A stretch of 49,220 nucleotides of DNA from Chromera velia (taxonomy: Eukaryota): the NCBI GenBank assembly GCA_018398765.1, contig JAHBMJ010000381.1, forward strand, positions 1-49,220. The letters are read 5' to 3'. Made by a program: the position numbers and the translations under genes. Positions 21,554 through 33,300 of the stretch are shown in pieces. The notes beneath the pieces are model-generated. The model saw only the letters and a list, made by a program, of their open reading frames with translations. It did not search any database and was not told where the DNA came from. Each line of letters starts with the position of its first letter. Within the stretch, counting starts at the first letter, position 1.

Positions 21554-24550
21554 ATGACACGCTCCGTAGGCTCACCCCCGTCGTTCCGTTTGCTTTTGGT
21601 CAGCTTCTTCATTTTCCACATTGCCATTCAGCTATCCGCTGCCGCTGGAACTCCAAAGAAGGCAAAAGGAGAAGAACCCCAGCAGACGACAACCAACCCA
21701 AAAGGGCTCCTTAGAGGTTCCAAACAACTCCCAAGAGAGATCTACGCAACAACAGAAGCAGCACAAATCGGCACCGACCCATTTGACATTGAAGTAGAGA
21801 GAGCAGACATGGACAAAGGGGCCCATTCCATCAAGATTGGGGGACGTTTGGTGTTCGAAGAAAGAAGCAGAGAGACGAACCGCGAGTTCATCAGACAAGA
21901 AGCGTTGAAGAATTGGAAGTTTTTCGAAGATTTCACCTCCACAGACACAGGTCTCGTGGAAGATTCGGTCGACTTCTCTGACGTCGACCTAAGTTCCATC
22001 AACCCGAATGACCCTGCCTCCAGAACACAAGGGAGACGGGCAGAATACACCAGTCCCACAAACGTAGGCCTGTCCCTCACAGCCGTTGTTTCTGCATTTC
22101 AATTGGGGTTCATTGACAGGGCGGACGCCATTCGTCGCCTGTCTGCAACCCTGAACACTCTGAGTACAATGGACCACTGGAAGGGTTTGACATTCAACTG
22201 GATCACTGTACCAGAGGGGAATTCTCGAAGCAACTGGGTCTCCTCAGTTGACTCAGGCAACCTGATGGCATCCCTGTTGGTTGTCTCCGCAGCCTTTCCA
22301 GACGAGCTCCCCCAAGCTGACATGCTCTACAAACGTGCACAGTCAGCAGAGTCGCTCTGGAATACAGAGAGACAGCAATACAGAATCGGTGCCAATGTTC
22401 TCATTCCCGGCCTAGGCGCCAATCCCCTCCACAAGGACGTCCCTCTGGGAGAAGAGGGCAAGCAGAAGGGGGAAGAAGAGGGCCCACCTGTAGCGGCATC
22501 AGAAGAAGCACAAGAGAAGAAGGAGAAAAGCGAGACGGAGCAGGGAGAACAGGACTTCCCTGCAGTTCCCAGCATCTACCACTATGGTCAGTCTGCTGCC
22601 TGGGAGAGCAGTCTTTCTTTGTGGTTCCATGAGTACTCCAGACATCCCATAAGATTGATCAAGGCTTCTGTTCTCTCCTTATGTCTTCTTTGCTTCTGCT
22701 TCGATGGCTTCATTGATTCCACTAGATAGGGAAAAGGTGTGTTTCTGTGTGTAGGGAGGCAAGAAATCTCTTTGCGTACCTGTCTGCTTTTCTCACTGCC
22801 TTCACTCATCGACGGATTTCCCTCCCACCCCCAGTAGTTCTCATGACTTTCCTTCTTTCCTTTCCCTCTCTCTTGTTTTTGCAGCGGTGTTCAATTCAGA
22901 AGCACGCACCCTCTACTACCTAGCAGCAGCAGAGAGAGCAATCTCGCAGGAACAACTTGTTGAGGTCTGTCGAGAAAGAAAGACAGGGGGAGTTCTCTTG
23001 TGTGTCTGTCTCTGTCTCTTTCCTTCTCCACTGCTGCCTCCTCTTCGTTCCTTCCTTTCCACCAAGTATTTCGCTTTTTCGACCACTCCCGGAAATCTGG
23101 GAAAGGATCGAGGCCAAATTCTGTCTGTCCATATTCTTGTCTCTTGACCCTCTCCTTACGTCTCTCCCTTTTCTTTTCATATTAATATTTTGAAATCATA
23201 TTTGCCGTGCCTCGAGAGGGCTCCGATTGCCTTGTGTCAGTGAGTGACCTTCGCTGAGACGGCACCTCTTCACCGTCTCCCTTTGTCATGCAACATTCCG
23301 AAAGAGCCGCCTCTCCTCCTATTTACTTGTACTTGCGCACAGGGTCCAAACTTCACCCTCCCCGTCCCCGAGCCGGAAGAGTTCGGTTGGGGTCCTGTCG
23401 AGCCTCGGGAGATTTTCTTTGGTGGTCGGCCCGTGAACCTGGGCAGAAGCGGGAAGACTCTGTCGCCTACAGGTGGGTGAAGGGGAGAGGGCTTTTCTCT
23501 TTCCTTCTCGCTCTCGCTTTCTCTGCCTCTCTCTTTCTCTCCCTCTCTCCCTTCATCTCTCTGTGTCTGTATACGTGTGTAAACTCGAGTAAATCACTTT
23601 CTGCCTTTTTGCAGGCGGAGCCTACTATGTGACTGCCCTCGGTGAGCGTGTGCTGGCCTTGCTCCCTTCCTGGGGAGGCAGCGCTTTCGAGACGATGCTT
23701 CCCTCCCTGTTTGTGGACGAGTGGGCACTCTGCAGGTCTGTCTGCATGTCTGTCTGTCTGTTTGTCTGTCTGCCTGTACAGGAGAAGAAGAAACATACAG
23801 TCTGTCTGCATGTTTACGCGGATACTGGTGTACATTGAAATGGAGAGACAGTGAAGGACAGGGTCAAAAAGGGCTTTGCATCTGTTGATTTCCGGGTCTA
23901 AGAGAAGATTGCAAGAGTTTCATCTCTTTTTGTGTCCTTCCAAAAGGAGTCTGCATGGCCCCATCAGGAAGAAAAGAGAGGATCAGTTTGGTTTTTGAGA
24001 ATCTCCTCTGTGGTCTCGATGATTCAATGTGTCTTTCCCCCGTCCTCTCCGAGCGCCTCTGCCTGCCTTCCCTCGACAACAAAATTTTCTCCAGCACGCC
24101 TCACCTCTCTTCTTCTTCTTGTCCCGCCATCTCTACCTTTTCAGACCTTTTTCACTTCTTCTCTTTCACCCCCCTTCCCCTTCTTCTCTCTCTGCCCTTC
24201 CAGAGGCAGAGGGGAGAGCCGAACCCAGGGCCAGGGCCTGGCAGCCAATCAGGTGGCCCAGTACAGTGCTCAGAGACTGCAGGCCATCGAGATCGGGCAC
24301 ACGCTGTGGGGCTACTCGCCTGCGAGACGTCTGGATGGAACCTATGGGGAGATGGGCGTGTCGGTCGCAGGAATCAAAGGGTCCGTCAGTAGAGTAGAGT
24401 AGAGAGACAGAGGGCAGGGAGAAGTGTATGTGCCGCTGGGGACTTTCTGGGAGATTGAGGTGCAAAACTGAAATATGCATACAGAGACGGAGGTAGGAAG
24501 GCAGATAGACAGACAAAAGAGAGAGAGATTGACGCACACACAAACATCAA

Positions 24551-24593
<43 letters not shown>

Positions 24594-24596
24594 CGC

Positions 24597-24631
<35 letters not shown>

Positions 24632-25404
24632 AAGACAGAGAGAGAGAAACACAATGCTTGCTTTTTGATGTGTCCTTTCTTGTTTTGTTTTGTTTTGTTT
24701 TTAGTCCTGCTTCCATTTATTAGAGTCAGAAAAATCCCCGCAAAGGACACTTTCTCCTCTTCGTGAGTGTCGTGAAAGCTGTCTAGCCAATCTGAGATCC
24801 ATGCGGTCTTGTTTGAGCATGTGAATGAGTGTAAGGAGTGCAATCTGTCTGCTTTCACCTTTTCTTCTCTCTCTGTGCATGATGCAGGTACAGACCCACC
24901 GACGTGACCCCCCACGCCTCCATGGTGTTCCTCGAGATCGATCCCGACGCGGTCGTGGCCAACTGGAGGAAGCTGTACGATCCTGAATACGCACAGACAA
25001 CAGGAGCGGTGCACCCGGTGTACGGTCCTTTCGACGCGGTGCCGCCCCAGAGGCACGAGAAGGCGCGGAGGGAGAGGGAGAGACTGGAGTTGGAGAGAGA
25101 CGATGGCAGCGGGTCCGAGAAGCAAGCAGCAGAGCACCCAGGGAGACGGCACCCGGGGGTGGCACTTCCCGTGTTGCTTTCTTTGGATGTAGGTATGCAA
25201 TTTCTTTCGATGAGTAACTACCTGCTTGCTGGGACTGGGAAGAGTCCCAAGGAGCTGTTGATGTCAACAATGGGGGACACCCTCGCCGAGGGGGGTATGA
25301 TGCTTTGGGACAAGGTGATATTCGACCAGGCAGGGGAGGAGGCTCTAGTTGCTGCAGCTCTCGAACTGCAGAGGGTAGATGGGGGGGGTGACGCGGTCTT
25401 TTAG
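21554..25404 (+). CDS. Secreted glycoside hydrolase/transglycosylase resembling the cyclization domain of cyclic beta-1,2-glucan synthase (GH189/DUF3131/'glucoamylase-family'), 6 exons, ~685 aa
   Basis: In-phase exons 21554-22586, 22885-22964, 23343-23472, 23615-23735, 24204-24380, 24888-25404. Signal peptide; ordered motifs NWKFFE, YTSPTNVGL, GLTFNW, VSSVDSGNL, HY...SEAR, SWGGSAFETMLPSLF, LWGYS, YGEMGV, VTPHAS, YGPFDA, LDVGM...NYL. Confidence 0.85.
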
Positions 25405-25623
25405 GATCCGTAGAGGCAGCAGAGAGAAGAAGGGGGAATGGGTAGACGAACAGAGGGAGGCACGAAAGAAGAGAGTCATTTCTCTCACGTCCATTTCTCG
25501 TAAATGTCGTTCTGGTCCTATTTCCCCTTTTCTTTTCAATGCGCCTTTGGGCAATCCGTCTCGCTCCGTCTCCCTCTTTTACACCAAGCCTTCAACCTTT
25601 TTTCTTTGCCTGTGGGCACGCAC

Positions 25624-26198
25624 AGAAAAAAGAGAGAGACAAATCAAAAGGACTGGTGCGTGCCTCTAGAGAGCAAGACGGAGGAGGGTGTCTGGCTGTT
25701 TTTGCTGCTCTTTGCTCTGATCCTTCGCCTCCTCTTCCGACTTCATGCGACATCATTCTATTAATATTTAGAAAGGGAATGCAGGGAATCAAACGGTTGA
25801 AAGCAACAACAACATCAACAAACTCTACCACTTTTCTTTCTCACTCCCCCTCTCCTCTTTTCCTGTTTTCTCTTTCCCTTCCTGCTTTTCCACCCCTCTC
25901 CCATCCGGCAGGCAAAGAAAAAAGAGAGAGACAAATCAAAAGGACTGGTGCGTGCCTCTAGAGAGCAAGACGGAGGAGGGTGTCTGGCTGTTTTTGCTGC
26001 TCTTTGCTCTGATCCTTCGCCTCCTCTTCCGACTTCATGCGACATCATTCTATTAATATTTAGAAAGGGAATGCAGGGAATCAAACGGTTGAAAGCAACA
26101 ACCACATCAACAAACTCTACCACTTTTCTTTCTCACTCCCCCTCTCCTCTTTTCCTGTTTTCTCTTTCCCTTCCTGCTTTTCCACCCCTCTCCCATCC
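25624..26198. repeat. Tandem direct duplication, 2 x 283 bp (25624-25906, 25916-26198)
   Basis: Near-identical copies at offset 292, separated by a 9-bp spacer GGCAGGCAA. Confidence 0.95.
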
Positions 26199-26761
26199 TT
26201 CATTCCACCTCCCTCCCCCTCCGACCTTTCCCTGTCTCTCTACCTTCTTTCCTATGGTATCGGTCTGGGTAGGTCAGGGGAAGAGAAAAGAGGAAGAGGC
26301 AGAGACAAGAGGGAGGGAGAGAGCTATCAGAGCAAGCAAAAAAAGAAACGAAAGTTCGCTCTTTATGATCATTGGTTAGTTGGGTTCCTTGTTTGTTTGT
26401 CTGCTGCTGGCACTTCCTTTCTTCCTTCCTTTTTCTTTCGAAAAGTCCTTCCTTCCTTTCTTCCCTCTTCCCTTCCTCCTGTTCCTCCGTCCTTCTTTCT
26501 TCATCTTCTGCCTCGCTTCTCTTTTCTTGACAGAATTGATTCAAGAGACGTAGACAGAACTCAATGCAAGCAGACATGCAGGCAGAGAGAAATGGATAAC
26601 GTCGTTGAGGAAGGCGTTTGGATGGACTTGGCCTGTCAAACGGTACAGGAGGGAAGGAGATAAAAGGGGGAAGTCTCAAACGACGGGAGCAGTCAGAGAG
26701 AGCCCCGATGGGTCGACAGACTGCACGTGATGGCTGCGACTGAATGCCGGAACGACGTTGC

Positions 26762-26800
<39 letters not shown>

Positions 26801-28592
26801 AGAGAACAACAGAATGTAGGGGAAAGAAGATCGAATACCTCATGCGGAGTCCTTCCTCCCACCTGCATGGACATGCGCGGGAAGAAAAAGAAGGGAACAG
26901 AGACCAAGAAGATGGAGAGAAGCTGATTCTCTCTTTTGTCGGTCTATCTGAATTCATTCTTTTGTCAATCAAAAAACGCTTCCCCGTGCTCCATGGACTG
27001 ATGTCGGTCTGTCCCTCTGACCCTCCTTCCTTCCTTCAGACAGCAGCGAGGGGGCGATCGAAGAACTCCTCTACGAATTCGAGGAGAAAGAGGAGGAGTC
27101 AAACGGGGCGTGAGCAAAGAAAGAAATGAAAATGGAATGACGAAGCCCCCAAACTCACTGCATGAAGTCAGAAAAAGAAGAGAAAGGTTGAGGGCATGAT
27201 GAGGGAATGAAGAGAAGAAGGAAGCAAAACCAGCAGATAGAGTGGGGGACGATCGACCCAGGGGGAGCACGTCAGTCAGGCGCCCCTTGATTTAAGAATT
27301 CATACTCCATTTCTCTTTCTTCCACCGTCTCTCTTGTTTGCTCGGTCGGAGAGACAACCTGTGTGTCTGTCTGTTTGTGTCTCAACCTGTCTGTCCGTCC
27401 GAGCTTTTTCTAGGCCATTCTTCCTCGCCGTCTTCCACTCACCGTTTTTGCGATCCTTCCTGCCCTCGCTCCTCATAAATTTCAATGAGGCCGAGACGTG
27501 ACTGCAGCAGCAGTATTGCTCTTAGACCTCTATGGTCAGAAGGAGATGAAGGCCATCCGTCGATCGACTCTTTTGCATGTCCATTACATGGTGCGTCGTC
27601 TTGAGGTGCCTCGTGGTGACTCAAACATGTGGTAGATGCTCTGCAGGCGCAGGCATTTCTGGGCAGTTTGTGACAACAGGCAGATTGATGCAAAGGAGGA
27701 GAGGAGCAAACAGGAACAAGTGAAGGGGGGCAAAGAAGTCACCCCGAGCGGGAGAGACACAACGGAAGAAGAGAGGGAGGGAACATGTTGGCATGGATTA
27801 TGACTGCACAGACGTTGTGTGGCTGGCTGGCTACCGAATTCACGAAAGAAGGAGAAAGAGGTTGGCAGAGAGAGAGAGTTCCGTGACGCTTCCGGTCCCT
27901 CTGCCTGCCCATCTCTTTTCTTCTCTTCCTTCTTTCGAGTTACCTGTGAAGTTGTCCTGCCTGCATGCAAGCACAATTTGATCCACATGCATCCAAGCTG
28001 AGCAAGACTCGGACAAGTTCCCGGTCTACGAGTTGTCCAGGTGTTTGCTTCTTCTAAGTCATTCTTTCTGCCTGCACTTCGATTAACGCATTTGTTGATC
28101 GCTTTCTCTCTGAGTTGCCGGGCGATGAGAAGAGAAAGCAAAGAAAGCAATGTTGATGCAAGTGCTTCCTTTTTTCATCATCTGTGCAAGTGTGGTGGTT
28201 AGCTGCTGATGCTTCAAAGAGAAAGACCTGTTGACGCTACACGTACAGTGTCTTAAAAAAAAAGAGTGAACATTGAAAAACCACTCACTTGGACTAGGAC
28301 TTGGCTAGGGACTTGGATAGACTTGGAATGCCAAGTGGCTGAAAGACGCGCTACAAGCGGGCTTTATACACGCTGGTGTGCAAATAACTACATAAAATAT
28401 GAGAACTTCCATTTAAAATGGATCCGTTCATACCTATAGGCTATAGCTAAGATCGAAAAGGGCATTTGAAGGTGGTATCACAGTGCTTACAACATCAAAT
28501 TCTACATCAAATTGTCATCAATTAAGGTGTTTACTCATGATATAATTATACTGCTAGTACCCATATAAAAAAATCCTGAAATTGGTCTTAAC

Positions 28593-30274
28593 TAGGGATA
28601 TCTATCGTATTGTATCGGTATCGTATCGGAATTTAACGTTCCAAAAAAAGGGGGTATCTTTGATAATTTTGATGCTGAAATAAAATTTTTAGCATACGAG
28701 GTAGTGACTATGTTTGATTTGATTTGATTTGATTTGATTTGATTTAAGTTAGGGCTTAAGCTCAAATCAAATATCCAGTCAGGGAGGACCTAGTGTTTAA
28801 AGACCTATCAAATACGATCAAATATTTGATCAATATGACTTTCAACCTCAAATATGAAGGTCCCGAAAAAACTTTTGTAAGTACCGATCCGTCACGCATG
28901 CTGATTCAAATGAAAAAACCTAAATCTTGATGGTTTGCTCTCAAAAAAAAAAGTTTTGAGCTGCATTGAAATTGATGTTTCACCCCCTTTTACTTCATGC
29001 AGAGGTAAACCGATCAGCTGAACGTTTTCCCGAACAGCTGTGTTGACTTTTCTGGTGCTGGAACATCTTTTACGGCCCTCTTTTTGAGCGTCTGCAAACA
29101 TTTTACACCCCATAAAGACATGTCACACAATCCGACAAGGTCGAACGGGAAGAAGGAGGCATTTGTTTTTAGAGCCGGGTACGCAAAAAAAATATGGTCC
29201 ATGCAAAAGGGGGCAAATGTGATTTAGTGTCAGATGAAAATATAAGGAGCTGAGGGGGAAAGAGAAACTATTTGCGGCTGTGAGTATACAGCAGCGGCAA
29301 CCAGTTCTTTTCAAACCCACCTCATCAATCAGCATGGCTTGACGATCACGTCTGACAAACAAATAGCAAACGTGTGCGCGGTTCTCGTCTTTTTCACCCA
29401 GGAGCACCCACTCCTGGAAAGCCGAAAAGCCAGAGAAAAAGCTCTCAGCAGCTCCCACCACCGATCGATTCGATTCATATTGAAGAAAGTGATCATGAAA
29501 AAGAGGAAAAGGAAGTGCCATAAAGCTGAGTGATTGTCACCTCAATTTTGGTACGTGCTCTAACTTTATCGTATCAACAAAAAGTCATATACAATTTCAA
29601 ATCTATTAATTTTACGTTCTTAATCTCTATTAGTACTAGAGTGAGTCTCAGTGACTAGTGTATATACACTGCCACACAGGCATATTTTTTTTACGGAACT
29701 GATAAGTTATAATTTTATATATATTTTTTTAAATTTTTGAAACACACATCAGAAATGTTCTGATAACTATTGTCATGAGAAAAATGATCAGAGTGACAGT
29801 AAGTCAGTGACTCAGTGAGGAACTCTAAGAGGTTAACCTCAAATCTTACCTCAAATATCAAATATTTGAGGTTGAAGCTCAAATCAAATCAAATCAAATC
29901 AAATCAAATCACATCAAATCAAATATAATCAAATCAAACATGGTCACTAGTACGAGGCTAAAACCTATAGTGCAAACAGTATCATTCGTCAAACTAAAAA
30001 CTTTTTGTAAAAACCTCATGTTTTTAAAGAGTCAACTTTACTTAGAAAATGGGCTTCGAAACGTTTAGAAGGCCAAACTACCCCCCTAACCCCCCCTTTT
30101 AAAAGAGTCAACACATCATCAGATTAGTAGTAGTCCTTCACAAATATTCACATGCAAGCTCTAAGCAGGCCGATACTAACCAATACTCGGCCGCTCGAGA
30201 AAGAACCAATAGTCAATACTTCGATACCGATACCAATATAATACGATACGATATCGATACAATAGCTATCCCTA
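28593..30274. mobile_element. hAT-type MITE 1 (426 bp when empty), interrupted here by a nested element
   Basis: TIR TAGGGATATCTATCGTAT ... ATACAATAGCTATCCCTA; perfect 8-bp TSD GTCTTAAC (28585-28592, 30275-30282); subterminal GATAC-like repeats. Confidence 0.88.
28702..29949 (+). mobile_element. Non-autonomous hAT element 2 (1248 bp) with a decayed BED zinc-finger remnant
   Basis: TIR TAGTGACTATGTTTGATT / AATCAAACATGGTCACTA; subterminal (TTTGA)n/(TCAAA)n arrays; 8-bp TSD ATACGAGG/GTACGAGG; empty site GTACGAGG at 36664-36671 in copy B. 29192-29341 translates IWSMQKGANVI*CQMKI*GAEGERETICGCEYTAAATSSFQTHLINQHGL. Confidence 0.9.
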
Positions 30275-30305
30275 GTCTTAACACTATAGTCTTAATATCT
30301 AGCTC
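30132..30305. repeat. 174-bp direct repeat flanking the LINE (partner 34880-35053; in copy B 36846-37019 and 41589-41757)
   Basis: AGTCCTTCA...ATCTAGCTC is present immediately on both sides of each LINE copy. Confidence 0.9.
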
Positions 30306-33300
30306 AGTTAGTTAGTTAGTTAGTTAGTTAGTTAGAAGATGCCTAACCCCAGTAACTGTTGGAGCGCTAAGCTCCCGGGCGGCATATACATGCATGGTTG
30401 TTGTTTGTTAAGTCGCCGGTGGAGTTGATCAGTTAATCACTTTCTAGAATAGAAAGAGAAGCATCAAAGAGACAGAGCGTAGAAGCGATCGAATGACATT
30501 ACAGATAAAGAGTTCAGATATACTTGCACCGGGGAGTGGACAGTTACAATCATTTAAATTAATGGATTCCAGCTCAGCCAGGCAGTGCAGGAATTCTCTT
30601 TCATCCAGCTACTTGGCACATGAAGAAAGTCTATGCATGAAGTCATCAACATACTGAATACAAGAATCATGTACACAGAGTTTGTGGTCGCTACATTCAA
30701 AAGACAGAGCACTGCTTTCGCCTTGTGGTTTAAATAAGAGCAGACGTAAGAAACCGAACAGAGAGCTGTCGGTTACTATGAGAACAGATCGAGGGAGAGC
30801 AGAAAAGGAGTAGAGACTAGAGGCGGATTTATTGTAAAGAAGAAACATAAACATGCGATGAGAGGAGGGAAAAGCTTGTTGAAGGGGGGTGAGCTTGGCA
30901 AGAGGAGGGAAATGTGAAGAAGCGATATTAGCCCCCGCCCGCCGCGTGCAGACCTCTTCCATAACTGTATGTCTAGCTCTGCCCTTAAAAAAGAGAGAGC
31001 CGGTTCCATGAACTCTCTGTCACTGCTGTCCGCTGGTGCTAGGGTGTTGCAGCACTCCCACCCCTAACGAACAAACAAAATCCAGACCAGCCCAACGAAG
31101 CAGCCACAAGGAGGCTCTCAAAAACTCTGGACAAGTGTTTCTCTTCCAGCTTGGCACGTAGCATTGCAGCGGGAACGGTATGCATGGTTTGTGAGAGCGA
31201 GCACCACCAGTCGGCCACTTTAGAGCAAAGCAGGGCTTTTGCAGGAAGCAGGCCGAAAATACACAGGGAGGGCAAACGAAGACTGCGAGCAGGCAGACGG
31301 CCAGACCAGCGTGCAAAACGGAGCTGCAAAGCATCGATTGCAAGAAGATCGGCATCACAAAGAGGGAAGGATTCGAGGCAGTACAGTATAACAGAGGACC
31401 AACATGCTTTAAAAATAGTCATTTACGTATCTACACTGAGGGAATCTATGCTGGCAATCAGACCAAACACAGCCCCCAGCGTGCAGGAGGCCGAAGCAAT
31501 ACGCAATTCAACTGTCTCACTGAGGCTTCCCCCCTCAAAGAACAGGCACCCCAGGTACTTGTATTCCGTTGCCTATTCAACCTCTTTCCCTTCATATTGT
31601 AACACCACCACACTGGAGCTTTTCCCAAATGCAGAGGCAGACAGGCGAAGAATCTTTGTCTTTTTCAGATTAACTGTAAGTCTCCATTCTTTGCAATACT
31701 TCTCGAGAGCAGAGAATTTCTTTTGAAGGTCTGAGACGGAATGGCCAAGAAAGCAGAGATCGTCAGCATAACTCAAACTGTCCAGGATACAATCATCTAG
31801 CAAAACTCGCTCCGGCTCACTTTCTGGCTCCTCTCCACTGCCCGTTTCCATTTCAGAATCTAATATGTCTGCCCGCTCTCGCTCTACTGCCTCGCTGGTA
31901 TGCCTTGCCTCGCTCTTCTAGCTCGCTCTTGCTTGCAGAACACACACGGGGGAGATCATTTATGTACAAAAGAAAAAGAATAGGCGAGAGGGCATCCCCT
32001 TGCTTCACTCCAGTGCCCTCCCAAAAATGTAGAGAGTCCCCGTCAACCTTGCCCCATACCTCTCTGTACATTTCACAGATCATGCAGATGTCTGCCTCAC
32101 TCACACCTTCATTTCTCAGTTTCTGAATTAACTTTGCTCTCGGCACAGTGTCAAACGCCTTTGAAAAGTCAACAAAACCTGCTAACAGAGCCTTTCTTTT
32201 CTTTTTACATGAAGAAACAACAGAGACAAGAGCACCGACCCCCTCTCTGAGGCTCGTTCCCACCCCTTCACGGAACCCTAGCTGTTTGAAGTTAAGACAG
32301 ACCTGGGAATGCATACGGCAGTCCATCAGGAGGCCGAAAAGTTTTGCAAAAGGGTTTACAACATGGATTGGTCTCCATTCGTTAGGAGAGGGGGAAGCAG
32401 CCTGAGGGCCTTTCAGAACTAGGCAAATGTGCAAAACGTTCCATGAAGGAGGCCAGCAAGCATGAATATGCATCAGGGCTAGGCATCAAATTAAATAAAA
32501 CAAAAAGTAAAAAGCGGGAGAGAGCAGATTTGGCAAAGCAGAGATCTAGCTGTGCAAAAGAGATGCCTTCAAGGCCAGTAGCTTTCTTCTTGTTCATTTT
32601 CTTCAGGTGGGAAGAGATCTGGTGAAAAGAGAAGGGCAGAGCAGAGGGGTGGAAGGGAGGAGAGGCAGGGGGATGGACCAAAGGGAGAGGCTCCTTGTTC
32701 AGATCTTCAAAAACACCCGCCCAATAGTTCAAAAATATGCGGGAGGACGGGCATGATACACCACCAGCCGACGAGGCGGCTTTCTTCTTCCTTTTCCAAA
32801 GGGAGAGAGGATCCTTGAGGAATTCTTCTTGAACCCTCTGTGCTTCTTTCTTCTTCTAAGCAGCCTGTTTGCGTTTAAAGAGGCTACGGCGGACCCGGAG
32901 TAGTCTCTGAAGGCGATCGAATTCCAATCCTCTCCCACCCATATCTCTCACCAACTTCCAAACGCGGTCCGCCTCTCTTACTTCCTTTTGTATGGACTTA
33001 CATTCTTCATCAAACCAAGCCTCTTTCATTCTACGCTTAACCCCCAACCCAAACCTTGCTCCGTTCTTTTTCAGTTTCACAGGCCCAACGAGCAGTCGAG
33101 ACCACTCCTGGACAAATCTGAGGAGGCAAGCATGACTGTCCTTGGCCCCCCCTTGCGGAGAAAAGAGGGGATCAGGCGAGTCAGGGGGGCAGAAGAGAAA
33201 GGGCGGGAGGATTCGGGAGGGGGAGGAGGGACAGGCGGCTCTACAAAAGGCTCAATCTAGTTGTGATATTCCCATAGACCCAGCCAGCGCTATTCTACGA

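Noticed and set aside
21554..25404. Bacterial contamination as the source of the glycosidase gene
   Set aside because: Five in-phase GT-AG introns with the same microsatellite style as the neighbouring genes.
28244..28275. TA|CAGTGTCTTAAAAAAAAAGAGTGAACA as a Tc1/mariner left TIR
   Set aside because: No matching inverted partner found in the window.
30306..30335. (GTTA)n as a telomeric repeat
   Set aside because: A 4-bp unit located exactly at the LINE 3' terminus in both copies; it is a retroelement tail.
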